NCBI GenBank assembly: GCA_964461305.1
Contig: CAYWTV010000002.1
Location: forward strand, 56,942-120,941
From: an uncultured Peptoniphilaceae bacterium
GTDB taxonomy: Bacteria > Bacillota > Clostridia > Tissierellales > Peptoniphilaceae
Length of the DNA stretch: 64,000 bases
Reading direction: 5' to 3'
The position numbers were made by a program, and so were the translations under genes. Position 1 is the stretch's first letter; each line of letters begins with the position of its first letter. Under the pieces are notes generated by a model. The model was not told where the DNA came from. It made no database searches and worked only from the letters and a program-made list of their open reading frames with translations. This document shows, piece after piece, positions 10,576 to 20,814 of this stretch.

Positions 10576-11088
10576 ATAAAGGAATTAAAGATTAACGAGG
10601 ACATTAGGGATAAAGAAGTTAGATTGATTGACCAGCACGGTGAACAATTAGGAGTAATCCCAACAGCTAGAGCTCAAGAACTTGCTCATGAAGCTGAGTT
10701 AGATTTAGTGTGTGTATCGCCAAATGCAAAACCTGCAGTATGCAAGATTTTAGATTATGGAAAATACAGATACGATCAACTAAAAAAGGAAAAAGAAGCT
10801 AAAAAAGCTCAGAAACAAATTAACGTAAAAGAAGTTAGGATGACACCTAATATTGATACGCATGATTTAAATGTTAAAGCTAAACAGGCTGATAAATTCC
10901 TAACTGGGGGAGATAAAGTTAAAGTCTCAGTTAGATTCAGAGGAAGAGAAATGGGACATACAGACCAAGGTCGTGTGGTTTTAGATGAGTTTCTAGAAAT
11001 CCTTGGAGATAAAGCTACTGTTGATAAAAAACCAAAAATGGAAGGTAGGAATATGGTAATGCACCTTAATCCTACAAATGATAAATAG
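10576..11088 (+). CDS. infC: Translation initiation factor IF-3, probably starting at a non-AUG codon (ATA 10576)
   Basis: KINEDIRDKEVRLIDQHGEQLGV matches the IF-3 N-terminus. RBS GGGGGTG (10564-10570) lies 5 nt before ATA. The ORF-track ATG at 10510 lies inside the leader, upstream of the attenuator hairpin. Product is about 171 aa, typical for IF-3. Confidence 0.85.
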   Translation: MKELKINEDIRDKEVRLIDQHGEQLGVIPTARAQELAHEAELDLVCVSPNAKPAVCKILDYGKYRYDQLKKEKEAKKAQKQINVKEVRMTPNIDTHDLNVKAKQADKFLTGGDKVKVSVRFRGREMGHTDQGRVVLDEFLEILGDKATVDKKPKMEGRNMVMHLNPTNDK

Positions 11089-11100
11089 GAGGAATATATA

Positions 11101-11295
11101 ATGGGTAAAATGAAAACTCATAGAGGTTCCGCAAAAAGATTCAAAAGAACTGGAACTGGAAAATTAAAGAGAATGAAAACTGGCGTAACTCATATGACAG
11201 GGAAAATGTCTCCTAAAAGAATTAGAAATTTAAGAAAGAGCACACTTGTGAGTAAAGGCGATCAAAAGAGAATCGACCACATGATTCCAAGATAG
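11101..11295 (+). CDS. rpmI: 50S ribosomal protein L35
   Basis: 64 aa with [24 protein letters not shown] upstream. Confidence 0.95.
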   Translation: MGKMKTHRGSAKRFKRTGTGKLKRMKTGVTHMTGKMSPKRIRNLRKSTLVSKGDQKRIDHMIPR

Positions 11296-11310
11296 TAGGA
11301 GGCGAAAGAA

Positions 11311-11667
11311 ATGGCAAGAATTAAAAGAGCAGTTAATGCTAGAAAAAAACATAAAAAAGTATTAAAACAAGCAAAGGGATATTTTGGATCAAAATCTAAA
11401 TTATTCAAAGTTGCAAACCAAGCTGTAATGAAATCTTTAAACTACGCTTATATAGGTAGAAAACAAAGAAAAAGAGATTTTAGAAAAATGTGGATTCAAA
11501 GAATCAACGCTGCAGCTCGTTTAAACGGCTTAAGCTATTCTAAATTTATCAACGGCTTAAAAAAAGCTAATGTAGATATTAACAGAAAAATGTTATCTGA
11601 AATTGCTATTCACGATGAAAAAGCATTCAGCCAATTAGTAGATTTAGCAAAAGAAAACTTAGCATAA
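11311..11667 (+). CDS. rplT: 50S ribosomal protein L20
   Basis: 118 aa with [19 protein letters not shown]...[17 protein letters not shown]. Confidence 0.96.
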   Translation: MARIKRAVNARKKHKKVLKQAKGYFGSKSKLFKVANQAVMKSLNYAYIGRKQRKRDFRKMWIQRINAAARLNGLSYSKFINGLKKANVDINRKMLSEIAIHDEKAFSQLVDLAKENLA

Positions 11668-11672
11668 AAATT

Positions 11673-11701
11673 AGACATATCAATTCGATATGTCTTTTTT
11701 A
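11673..11701. terminator. Intrinsic terminator after rplT (between convergent genes)
   Basis: AGACATATC/GATATGTCT stem, followed by TTTTTT. Confidence 0.75.
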
Positions 11702-11707
11702 TGGGGT

Positions 11708-12709
11708 TTATATCCAAGTTGAAATTTTAGTAATTAAGGTAAATATAAAAACTGCTGCTAGAGAAGCTGTTGTATTGTCGTGATCAAATCTTGGAGATAC
11801 TTCTGCCACATCAAAACTAACAGTTTTTTCACTATTTAATACATATTTTAATAAAATCATAACTAACTCTGGATCTAATCCTAATGGTTGAGGAGCACTT
11901 ACTCCAGGAGCTATACTAGAAGAAAATACGTCACAATCAAGGGTAATATACAAATGATCTATATTTCTTAAAAAAGCATCTATCTTTTCAAAAATAAGAT
12001 AAATATCACCATTGCTAATTTCTTTAGCCATTACATATTTAGTATTTGATTTATCAGCAAACTTAAATAAACTGACAGTATTAGCGTGATTTTGGATTCC
12101 CATAACAAAATAGTTATAATCGTCTCCAACTGATTTATTTAAATCATAGATTTGCCTAAACATAGTACCAGATGAGCCATTACCTTCTTCATATGGCCTG
12201 TTATCAAAATGTGCATCGAAATTAACAATTCCTATATTTGGCTTATCATTAGTATTTCGAAAATGCTCAAAGAGTCCTTTATAATGTCCAAAGACTATTT
12301 CATGACCTCCACCTAATAATATTGGAAAGTAGTTAAGTTCTAATAATTTTTGTACTGCAATTGACAAACTATTTTGAGCATCTTCTAAAGTAGTTTTGTT
12401 ACTAGATATATTTCCAGCATCAAATATTTTAACCTCTTTAGAAAAGTTGCAAGGTTTGTTAGCTAATTCTTTTCTTATAGCAGTAGGAGCCTTAAAGGCG
12501 CCTTGTCTACCTAGATTTTTAGCAATACCTATATCTGATTTAAACCCTAAAATTGCAAATCCCATCTTTCCCTTAAAGGGTTTTAGGTTTTTATCATTTA
12601 AATTAATTTTTTCTACCCATTGATGAAATCGAAATGCGTCAAAATCTTCTTTTGAATCTATTCTACCATTCCAAATACTCATATCTTGAACTTCATAATT
12701 TTTTATCAT
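11708..12709 (-). CDS. hutG: Formimidoylglutamase (arginase-fold ureohydrolase)
   Basis: 333 aa. N-terminal WNGRID...FRFHQW is typical of HutG. Arginase-fold metal motifs GGGHEI, NFDAHFD and TLDCDVF are present. Confidence 0.78.
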   Translation of the reverse strand: MIKNYEVQDMSIWNGRIDSKEDFDAFRFHQWVEKINLNDKNLKPFKGKMGFAILGFKSDIGIAKNLGRQGAFKAPTAIRKELANKPCNFSKEVKIFDAGNISSNKTTLEDAQNSLSIAVQKLLELNYFPILLGGGHEIVFGHYKGLFEHFRNTNDKPNIGIVNFDAHFDNRPYEEGNGSSGTMFRQIYDLNKSVGDDYNYFVMGIQNHANTVSLFKFADKSNTKYVMAKEISNGDIYLIFEKIDAFLRNIDHLYITLDCDVFSSSIAPGVSAPQPLGLDPELVMILLKYVLNSEKTVSFDVAEVSPRFDHDNTTASLAAVFIFTLITKISTWI

Positions 12710-12824
12710 AATATCACCTTTTTAATCATAACATATAGATGTGTTTTTGATTCAAATTTATACATAATTAAATTAAAAAATTATTTATTTCTATTGTAAA
12801 TATTTTAAAATAAATTAAAGATAA

Positions 12825-12857
12825 ATCAAAAAAATCCCCTTAAAAAAAGGGGATTTA
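12825..12857 (-). terminator. Intrinsic terminator downstream of the threonine aldolase gene
   Basis: On the minus strand, AAATCCCC/GGGGATTT hairpin followed by TTTT. Confidence 0.7.
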
Positions 12858-12859
12858 CT

Positions 12860-13876
12860 TTATAGGCTATTAATTAATCCCTCAACTTCTTCTTCAGTTG
12901 TTCTATAAGTGGTTACAAAACGAGCAATATTTTTCTTATTTTCGCTAACTCCCACTACTTCAAATTGAACATTTTTAGAAAGTTCTTTTACTTCATCGTC
13001 GTCCATTTCCATAAAAACTTGATTAGATTCAAACTTTTTGTAAAGTTTAAGTCCCTTTTCTTCAATACCTTTAGCTATTTTTTCAGCCATGTTGTGTGCA
13101 TGTCTTGCACCTTTTAGGTATCCATCTTCTTTAGCAAATACCGTTTCAAACATTATTCCAGTTACAAATCCTTTGGCAAGCATTGCTCCTTTTTGTTTCT
13201 TTAAATTTAAAAATCCTCTTTTTAAATCATCATTAACTAAAACCACAATTTCACCTAATAAGAACCCGTTTTTAGTTCCACCTAATGTGAAAGAATCACA
13301 TACATTTGGGATTTTTTCCAGAGTTAAATTAGCTTCTTTATTTGCGATGGCAGAGGCAAATCTAGCTCCGTCAATAAATAAATATAAATCATTTTCTTTA
13401 CAGAATTTGTATATGGCTTTTAATTCCTCGTAGGAATAAACTGTACCTAATTCAGTAGTATTGGATATATAAACGGTTCTAGGTACTGTGTGGTATTCAC
13501 ATCCAAACTCAGTTAATTTATCTTTAATTAATTCAGGTGTTAATTTTCCATCTTCAGTTTGGATAGTTTCGATTTTTACACCAGTAGCCTCAATAGATCC
13601 AGCTTCGTGGCCTTGGATATGTCCTGTTACTGGTGCTATTATTGATTCTTCAGGCCTAAGTCCAACAGTAGATCCTAAAATATTTGCACTAGTTCCACCA
13701 GGCACAAAATGAATATCCACATCATTTGAATCTAAAGCTTCTTTAATAAGTCTTTCAGCATTTCTACTGTGCTCATCAAAACTATATCCAAAGTTTTTCT
13801 CATCTAAGGCATTTTTCAATGCATCTAATATTTCCGGGTAACATATATCGTTATAATCATTTACAAAAAAGTACAT
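12860..13876 (-). CDS. Low-specificity L-threonine aldolase / beta-eliminating lyase family (PLP-dependent)
   Basis: 338 aa, MYFFVNDYNDICYPEILDAL..., with GGTSANIL and the PLP-lysine context FTLGGTKNG. Confidence 0.75.
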   Translation of the reverse strand: MYFFVNDYNDICYPEILDALKNALDEKNFGYSFDEHSRNAERLIKEALDSNDVDIHFVPGGTSANILGSTVGLRPEESIIAPVTGHIQGHEAGSIEATGVKIETIQTEDGKLTPELIKDKLTEFGCEYHTVPRTVYISNTTELGTVYSYEELKAIYKFCKENDLYLFIDGARFASAIANKEANLTLEKIPNVCDSFTLGGTKNGFLLGEIVVLVNDDLKRGFLNLKKQKGAMLAKGFVTGIMFETVFAKEDGYLKGARHAHNMAEKIAKGIEEKGLKLYKKFESNQVFMEMDDDEVKELSKNVQFEVVGVSENKKNIARFVTTYRTTEEEVEGLINSL

Positions 13877-13996
13877 TTTATCCTCCTATTAATATTAATC
13901 TAATTTATATTATAACACTTATCTAAATTTATGGAAATTAAAAGAATTTACTATATAATGAATATAATATTAAATAATAAAATGAAAGGGGCAAAT

Positions 13997-15595
13997 ATGT
14001 CACTTACTAGCTCAATAATAAAAACAGAATTAAAGAGAAAATCGGGAATTCTCATGCACATTAGCTCACTTCCAGGACCATTTGGAATTGGAACTTTAGG
14101 AGTTGAGGCTAGGGAATTTGCAGAATTTCTAGTTGAAACAGGACAAAAATACTGGCAAATGCTTCCAATAGGACCTACAGGTTATGGAGATTCTCCTTAT
14201 TCTTCTTATAGTACCTACGCAGGTAATCCCTATTTTATAGATTTAGACAATTTAGTGGAAAGAAAATTACTTATTGATTATGAGATTTGGCACTTATATC
14301 AATGGGAGGATGTAGAAAAGGTCGATTTTGACAAAATTTCAAAGGAGAGAATGCCCGTATTTAAACTAGCATTTAGTAGGTTTAATTTAGAAGATGAAGA
14401 TTTTATAAAATTTAAAGAAGAAAATATAAACTGGCTTGAAGATTACTCACTATTTATGGCTATTAAAGACTCACAAGAAGGAAAGTCGTGGATCGAATGG
14501 GATGAAGATTTAAAAAAGCGAAATGAGTTTACTTTAAAGAAATTTAAAGAAGATAATAGAAGGCAGTACGAATTTTACAACTTTTTACAATATATTTTCT
14601 TTAGTCAGTGGAAGGAACTAAAAGAATTTGTAGAAGAAAAAAATATTCTTTTAATTGGAGATTTGCCAATATATGCCGCTGAAGATAGTGCTGATGTTTG
14701 GTCTCATCCAGAAGTTTTTAAATTAGATGAAAATTTAAAGCCAAAGGTTGTAGGTGGAGTTCCACCAGATTATTTTTCTAAAGAAGGACAGCTTTGGGGA
14801 AATCCAATTTATAACTGGGACTACTTAGAAAAAAATAACTATAAATGGTGGTTAGATAGAATAAAATGGAACAAAGAAATTTTTGATGTACTAAGATTTG
14901 ATCATTTTAGAGGATTTGAATCATTCTGGGAAATTCCTTATGGAGAAGAAACTGCAATTAATGGAAAGTGGGTAAAAGGTCCAGGTATGAAGTTTTTTAA
15001 TAAAATAAAAACTGAACTTGGAAATATTGATATAATTGCAGAAGATTTAGGGGATTTAACAGATGAAGTAATAGAGCTTGTAGAAGAAAGTGGTTTTCCA
15101 GGAATGAACATTCTACAATTTGCCTTTGGAGCCAGAGGAGATAGCGAATACTTACCTCATAATTGTAAGAAAAATTCTGTAATGTATGTGGGAACTCATG
15201 ATAACGATACTATTATAGGTTGGTTAAATTCAGGTGACCCTGAGGAAATAGAATTTGCAAGGGAGTATTTTAATTTAACTTTAGATGAAACTTATAATTG
15301 GGGAATGATTAGAGGTGCATTAACTTCACCTGCTAATTTGTGTATAACTCAAATGCAAGATATATTACTTTTAGATAATTCAGCTAGGATGAATTCTCCA
15401 GGAGTATTAGATGGTAATTGGTCTTGGAGAATGAGAAAGGAAGATTTAGGAACATTAACTAAATTAAAGTTGGAAAAACTTACTAGAATTTCTGGAAGAT
15501 TTAACAAATCCCAACAAGAATTAGATGCAGAAAGGGCGATTGAAGAAGCGATAGAAATCGCACTAGAACAAGGGGTAGAAAACAATGAAGTATGA
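13997..15595 (+). CDS. malQ: 4-alpha-glucanotransferase (amylomaltase)
   Basis: GH77 signatures SPYSSYSTYAGNPYFID, RFDHFRGF, IAEDLG and GTHDNDT. ATG at 13997 has the RBS AAAGGGG. The ORF-track start 13931 adds an unlikely 22 aa. Confidence 0.9.
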   Translation: MSLTSSIIKTELKRKSGILMHISSLPGPFGIGTLGVEAREFAEFLVETGQKYWQMLPIGPTGYGDSPYSSYSTYAGNPYFIDLDNLVERKLLIDYEIWHLYQWEDVEKVDFDKISKERMPVFKLAFSRFNLEDEDFIKFKEENINWLEDYSLFMAIKDSQEGKSWIEWDEDLKKRNEFTLKKFKEDNRRQYEFYNFLQYIFFSQWKELKEFVEEKNILLIGDLPIYAAEDSADVWSHPEVFKLDENLKPKVVGGVPPDYFSKEGQLWGNPIYNWDYLEKNNYKWWLDRIKWNKEIFDVLRFDHFRGFESFWEIPYGEETAINGKWVKGPGMKFFNKIKTELGNIDIIAEDLGDLTDEVIELVEESGFPGMNILQFAFGARGDSEYLPHNCKKNSVMYVGTHDNDTIIGWLNSGDPEEIEFAREYFNLTLDETYNWGMIRGALTSPANLCITQMQDILLLDNSARMNSPGVLDGNWSWRMRKEDLGTLTKLKLEKLTRISGRFNKSQQELDAERAIEEAIEIALEQGVENNEV

Positions 15596-16790
15596 TTTTA
15601 ACAAAATAATTAACCGAGAAAACACTAATGCCAAGGCAATTGATATTGATCCAATTGAAAATGTAGAAATAAAAGAAGGTTTTAATAAAATACCAATGTG
15701 GGTTGCAGATATGAATTTTGAAACAGCTCCATCTATTTTAGAAGAAATAAATAAAAGAAATTCCCATCCCCTTTTTGGTTATTTTACAATTCCTAAAGAA
15801 TATTACTCTTCTATAATATATTGGCAAGAAAAAAGAAATAATGTTAAAAATTTAGAAGAAGAAAATATAGGATATGAAAATGGAGTTTTAGGTGGATTAT
15901 CAACTGTCCTTAGAGCACTCGCTTCTAGGGGAGATAATATATTAGTCCACTCTCCAACTTATGTAGGATTTTCAAGGGTTTTAAAAAACAACGGATATAA
16001 TATGATTCTTTCTAATCTCTATTTAGATAAAGACAATATATGGAGAATGGACTATGAAGATATGGAAAAGAAAATAATAGATAACAATATTCACCTAGCC
16101 ATATTTTGTTCTCCCCACAATCCTTCTGGAAGAGTTTGGGAAAGAGAAGAACTTGAAAAATGTTATGAATTATTTAGAAAACACAATGTATATGTAATTT
16201 CAGATGAAATCTGGTCTGATTTTATATTATTTGGAAATACTCACATTCCAAGTCAAAGTATAAATGAAGATGCGAAAAATAGGACTATATCTTTATATGC
16301 TCCTTCTAAGACATTTAATTTAGCAGGTTTAGTAGGATCTTATCATATAATTTATAACGAATATTTAAAATACAAAGTCGAAAGGGAAGCTAGTTTAACT
16401 TTTTACAACAACCCTAATATTTTCTCAGTAGCTTCCTTAATTGGTGCTTATAATGAAGAAGGTGCTCAGTGGGTTGATGAGTTAGTTTTGACTTTGGAAA
16501 AAAATATAAACTATGGTTACAATTTTATAAAAGGCAATTGGAAAGATATAGAAGTTTCAAAACCTCAAGGAACCTATTTGCTCTATTTAAATTTGGAGAA
16601 ATATTTAGAAAAAAATAATATTTCCTTAGATGAAGTTTTAAAAAATGGAGCAAGTTACGGAGTAATGTGGCAAGACGGTAGAGGATTTAACTTCGACAAT
16701 ACAATTAGAATGAACTTAGCTCTTCCCTTTGATTTAGTAGTAGAGGCCTTTGACAGGTTAGATAGATTTGTTTTTAATCCAGGGAAATAA
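15585..16790 (+). CDS. patB: MalY/PatB-type PLP-dependent C-S lyase (cystathionine beta-lyase family aminotransferase)
   Basis: 401 aa with CSPHNPSGRVW and YAPSKTFNLAG (PLP Lys). Overlaps the malQ stop by 11 nt. Confidence 0.82.
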   Translation: MKYDFNKIINRENTNAKAIDIDPIENVEIKEGFNKIPMWVADMNFETAPSILEEINKRNSHPLFGYFTIPKEYYSSIIYWQEKRNNVKNLEEENIGYENGVLGGLSTVLRALASRGDNILVHSPTYVGFSRVLKNNGYNMILSNLYLDKDNIWRMDYEDMEKKIIDNNIHLAIFCSPHNPSGRVWEREELEKCYELFRKHNVYVISDEIWSDFILFGNTHIPSQSINEDAKNRTISLYAPSKTFNLAGLVGSYHIIYNEYLKYKVEREASLTFYNNPNIFSVASLIGAYNEEGAQWVDELVLTLEKNINYGYNFIKGNWKDIEVSKPQGTYLLYLNLEKYLEKNNISLDEVLKNGASYGVMWQDGRGFNFDNTIRMNLALPFDLVVEAFDRLDRFVFNPGK

Positions 16791-16792
16791 AA

Positions 16793-17701
16793 ATGATTTA
16801 TTTAATTTTAATAATACTAGTATTAGTCTTTTTAGGAATAGGAAATTATTTTTATAATTTTTCTTTAAATAGTAAAAAAGATAAATCTGGAGTATTTAAA
16901 CACAACGAAAGTGGAGAAGGGTTTTCAGAGGATGACGAAGACGCCCTTTGGTTTAGGGATAATAAAAAGATTGTAAATATGGAATCAGTTACTGGAGAAA
17001 ATGTAGTAGCTTACGAATTTTTAAATAAAGACTCTAATTTATGGGTTGTTGTAATTCACGGTTATACAAGTAAAGGTACTGACATGTCTAAATTTGCTAG
17101 GAATTTTTATAAAATGGGATTTAACGTTTTAGTTCCAGACTTGTTGGGACACGGAAGGAGCGGCGGAACTACTATTACTATGGGTGGAATTGACAGTAAG
17201 GATATTATTAGGTGGACAGATAAAATATCTATTGCTTACGAAAATTCAAAAATTTTGTTATTTGGAATTAGTATGGGGGCAGCTACAGTACTAAATACTT
17301 TAGGGAAAAATCCAGTAAATAATGTAGTCGCTTTTATTGAAGATAGTGGATATGTAAAGTTAGAAGAGTTATTTTCTTACCAACTAAAAAAACTTTTTAA
17401 TATACCAAAGTTTTTAGTACTACCTTCAGCTTCTGTTGTTACAAAAATTCGCGGAAAGTATAACATTAAAGACGTAGATGCAACTGCAGGAATAAAAAAT
17501 ACAAATTTACCAGGACTTATTCTTCACGGTGATAAAGACGATTTTGTACCAGTTGAAAATGCCTATAAAGTATATGAACTTCTAAATACTAAAAAAGAAA
17601 TAAAGATTTTCAAAGATGCAATTCATGTAGAAGCCGGCTTTTCAGATAAATACAATTATTGGGAGATAGTTGAAAAATTTGTAAAGGAAAATGTAAAATA
17701 A
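16793..17701 (+). CDS. Membrane-anchored alpha/beta hydrolase
   Basis: N-terminal TM helix, nucleophile elbow GISMGA, and HGDKDDFV / IHVEA acid/His regions. Confidence 0.8.
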   Translation: MIYLILIILVLVFLGIGNYFYNFSLNSKKDKSGVFKHNESGEGFSEDDEDALWFRDNKKIVNMESVTGENVVAYEFLNKDSNLWVVVIHGYTSKGTDMSKFARNFYKMGFNVLVPDLLGHGRSGGTTITMGGIDSKDIIRWTDKISIAYENSKILLFGISMGAATVLNTLGKNPVNNVVAFIEDSGYVKLEELFSYQLKKLFNIPKFLVLPSASVVTKIRGKYNIKDVDATAGIKNTNLPGLILHGDKDDFVPVENAYKVYELLNTKKEIKIFKDAIHVEAGFSDKYNYWEIVEKFVKENVK

Positions 17702-17703
17702 GA

Positions 17704-17749
17704 AAATCCATATTATATATCTAAAAAGGATATAATAATATGGATTTTT
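17704..17749. terminator. Bidirectional AT-rich hairpin terminator between convergent genes
   Basis: AAATCCATATTATATATC / GATATAATAATATGGATTT stem, flanked by A/T runs. Confidence 0.65.
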
Positions 17750-17752
17750 AAA

Positions 17753-19099
17753 TTATTTAGTTTTTGATCTTTCAATTAATGCAAAAACTATTCCTAGTAT
17801 TAGAGCAGGGACTATCCAAGCAAATCCTTCAGTAGCAAGGGGCAAAGATTCAATAATACTTATTGGAGTATCAAAGTTTACTCTTTCAGGTGTGATATTT
17901 GCAAAAAATGGACTAAATCTTATTCTCTCTAATATATTGTTTATTTGGTCCTCAGCCGATAAAAAGTTTTGGATAAGGGAAACTATCAAAGCTCCTAAAC
18001 AGGCTCCCTTATAGGCGGATTTGTACTTAATAAACCTATCTAATAAGGACGTTACAATCAAAACTATTGTAACTGGATACAAAACTGTTAATATTGGCAC
18101 TGATAAAGCGATAATCGTATCAACTCCATTAATCGCAAAAAAAGCACTAAATCCACATACTATGTAGACAACTGTTTTGTAACTTAATTTATCTGAAAAA
18201 CTTGAAAAGAAGTTTCCTGCAGTTGCAGTTAATCCCACAGATGTTGTTAAACAAGCTAAACTAACCGCTATTCCTAAGATAATAGATCCACTACTTCCCA
18301 TAATTTCATTTACAACTGAAATTAATAATTCTGCACGGGACATTTCATGGGAAAAACTTCCAGAGTATGTTCCTCCTAAATATACAAATCCTCCATAAAC
18401 CATAAATAGACCAACTGCCGCAATAATACCTGCTATGATAGTAAGTTTAATTCTCTCTTTTGGACTATTATAACCTTTATCAGAAATACTTTGGATTATT
18501 ATACTAGCAAATACAAGTGATGCTAATGCATCCATAGTTTGATATCCTTCTTCAAAACCCCTTAGAAAATTTTGATTATTATTTGTATTTATTGGGACGC
18601 CTATTGGACTTATAATTCCCATAATAATTATTATTGCTAAAACAATTAACAATATTGGGGTTAAAATAGATCCTACTTTATCAATTACAGAACTTGCATT
18701 TACTGTAAAAAACAAAGTAATCCCAAAGAATACGATTGCAGTAATAACAGGACTTAAATTAGGAAACAATGGTAATACACCTATTTCATGAGTAACTGCT
18801 GCTGTTCTAGGTATAGCCAATAATGGACCTATACATATTACTATCATGAAAGTCAAAAAAGTAGCAGCTTTGTCCCCAATGGGTTTAAAAACAGCTCTTG
18901 AACTTCCCCCAGCTTTAGAAGCTGCAATAACACCTAAAACGGGAAGACCTACACCAGTAAGTATAAATCCTACCATAGCACTAAACCATTGATCACCTGC
19001 AATGGCACCTAAGGAAGGTGGAAAAATAATATTTCCAGCTCCTAAAAACATTGCAAATAATGCAAAACCTATAATTATAGTATCTTTAAATTTTTTCAC
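17753..19099 (-). CDS. brnQ: Branched-chain amino acid transport system II carrier protein
   Basis: 448 aa, 12-TM LIVCS family (FALFAMFLGAGNIIFPPSLG). Confidence 0.88.
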   Translation of the reverse strand: MKKFKDTIIIGFALFAMFLGAGNIIFPPSLGAIAGDQWFSAMVGFILTGVGLPVLGVIAASKAGGSSRAVFKPIGDKAATFLTFMIVICIGPLLAIPRTAAVTHEIGVLPLFPNLSPVITAIVFFGITLFFTVNASSVIDKVGSILTPILLIVLAIIIIMGIISPIGVPINTNNNQNFLRGFEEGYQTMDALASLVFASIIIQSISDKGYNSPKERIKLTIIAGIIAAVGLFMVYGGFVYLGGTYSGSFSHEMSRAELLISVVNEIMGSSGSIILGIAVSLACLTTSVGLTATAGNFFSSFSDKLSYKTVVYIVCGFSAFFAINGVDTIIALSVPILTVLYPVTIVLIVTSLLDRFIKYKSAYKGACLGALIVSLIQNFLSAEDQINNILERIRFSPFFANITPERVNFDTPISIIESLPLATEGFAWIVPALILGIVFALIERSKTK

Positions 19100-19290
19100 T
19101 ACTACCTCCTATAAAAACCATTATATAGGAAGGCTCTAATACAGTCAAAGACTTATTTACAGGGATTTTTAAAACTTTCGTAGAGATTAAATATGTTATA
19201 AAAATGTTTATTTTACTGTAAAAAATCCTATATATAATATAAGTATTATTGTAAGTTTAATGAAAATGTTTGAAAATGAAGGAGAAAATT

Positions 19291-20697
19291 ATGTCGAAAT
19301 TAAAAGATCAAGGGGCAGAAAAGAAACCTCGTAGTATTAATCCCTATGCACTTTTATTTGCTGTTATAGTATTATGTGGCTTACTTAGTTTTGTGGTTAC
19401 TCCAGGATCTTATGTTAGAAATGAAATAGATGGAAGAACAGTTATCGATCCTGATTCTTACCATATAACTGAAAAATCACCTGTGGGATTTTTAGATTTC
19501 TTTAGAGCTGTCCCAGAGGGATTAATAGGTTCAGGAAATGTTGTATTTTTAATTCTAATTGTAGGTGGAACTGTACAAATACTTAATGAATCAGGAGCTT
19601 TAGGTGTTGGGATATCTTCTGTAGTTAAGAAAACTGCTAATAGGGGAAATCTAATTATATGGATTTTTATGATTATATTTTCTATTTTAGGAGGATTTAT
19701 GGGTTGGGTAGAAGCAGCCATTCCATTTGTTCCTATATTTATTCCAATAATTATATCCCTTGGATATGATGCCATGACAGCTGGTGCAGTAGTTATTATA
19801 GGATTATTAGTTTCCTTTGCTACTGGTCCTACAAATATGTATACTGTTGGTATTGCCCATGAAATAGCTGAACTGCCTCTGTATTCTGGTTTTGGATTTA
19901 GAACTATAGTAATGTTTTTATTTGTAATTACTGGTATGTTGTATACAGTTAGATATGCCAATAAAGTTAAGAAAAATCCAGAGTTATCTCTAACTAAGGA
20001 TGTAGATGTTAGTGATATGAAAATAAATATCGATGAATTTGACGATAAAAAACCGACAAGTGGCCAAATCGCATCTTTAGTAATATTGTTTATTGCCTTT
20101 GTAATTGTAATTTATGGAATGCTTCAAATGGGTTGGGGCATGAACGATATGACTGCAGTATTTTTACTAGTAGGTATTATAGTTGGAGCCCTTAATAAAA
20201 TGGGGATTGCCGGTACAGTTAATTCCTTTATGGATGGTATAAAGGCTTCAGTAGGCGGAGCAATGATAGTAGGTATAGCAAGAGGAGTTCAATGGATACT
20301 AGAGCAAGGTGGTGCAATAGATCCAATAATTCACACCTTATCAAATGCAATAGACGGATGGCCAGCCTTTGGTTCGGCTTTAGGAATGGTTGCGATTGTA
20401 GCCTTATTAAATGGCTTAGTTCCTTCAGGTTCAGGTAAAGCCATGGCCTTAATGCCACTTATTATCCCACTAGCTGATTTAGTAGGTATTACTAGACAGA
20501 CAACGGTACTGGCTTATCAATTAGGGGATGGAATAACAAATATGTTTTGGTTTACTTATGGAACACTTTTGATGTTTTTAAGTCAGGCAAGAATTCCTCT
20601 AAAAGCATGGTATAAATTCGTTGTACCATTAATGGTAATATTATTTATAATCGGTGCAGCAGCTTTATTTGTTGCTATACAAATAGGTTATAATTAA
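19291..20697 (+). CDS. YfcC family membrane transporter (DcuC-like anaerobic carrier superfamily)
   Basis: Polytopic membrane protein. ATG at 19291 follows the RBS GAAGGAG. The ORF-track start 19270 is a weaker TTG. Confidence 0.75.
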   Translation: MSKLKDQGAEKKPRSINPYALLFAVIVLCGLLSFVVTPGSYVRNEIDGRTVIDPDSYHITEKSPVGFLDFFRAVPEGLIGSGNVVFLILIVGGTVQILNESGALGVGISSVVKKTANRGNLIIWIFMIIFSILGGFMGWVEAAIPFVPIFIPIIISLGYDAMTAGAVVIIGLLVSFATGPTNMYTVGIAHEIAELPLYSGFGFRTIVMFLFVITGMLYTVRYANKVKKNPELSLTKDVDVSDMKINIDEFDDKKPTSGQIASLVILFIAFVIVIYGMLQMGWGMNDMTAVFLLVGIIVGALNKMGIAGTVNSFMDGIKASVGGAMIVGIARGVQWILEQGGAIDPIIHTLSNAIDGWPAFGSALGMVAIVALLNGLVPSGSGKAMALMPLIIPLADLVGITRQTTVLAYQLGDGITNMFWFTYGTLLMFLSQARIPLKAWYKFVVPLMVILFIIGAAALFVAIQIGYN

Positions 20698-20712
20698 ATT
20701 GAAGATAGTGAT

Positions 20713-20750
20713 AAAGGCAGATCTTTATTAAAAGGTCTGTCTTTATATTT
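20713..20750 (+). terminator. Intrinsic terminator after yfcC
   Basis: AAAGGCAGATC / GGTCTGTCTTT stem (two G-U pairs), followed by a T-rich tail. Confidence 0.55.
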
Positions 20751-20754
20751 TCAA

Positions 20755-20783
20755 TTGCAATTTGTTAACTAAAATACTACAAT
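20755..20783 (+). promoter_or_regulatory. Sigma-A-type promoter for the Rieske gene
   Basis: TTGCAA, 17 nt, then TACAAT. Confidence 0.5.
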
Positions 20784-20814
20784 TAAAGAAATACATAAAT
20801 AATTAGGAGAAAAA

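Noticed and set aside
19458-19961. 167-aa minus-strand ORF
   Set aside because: It lies entirely antisense within the yfcC transporter gene. It has no RBS and a low-complexity composition typical of shadow ORFs in AT-rich DNA.
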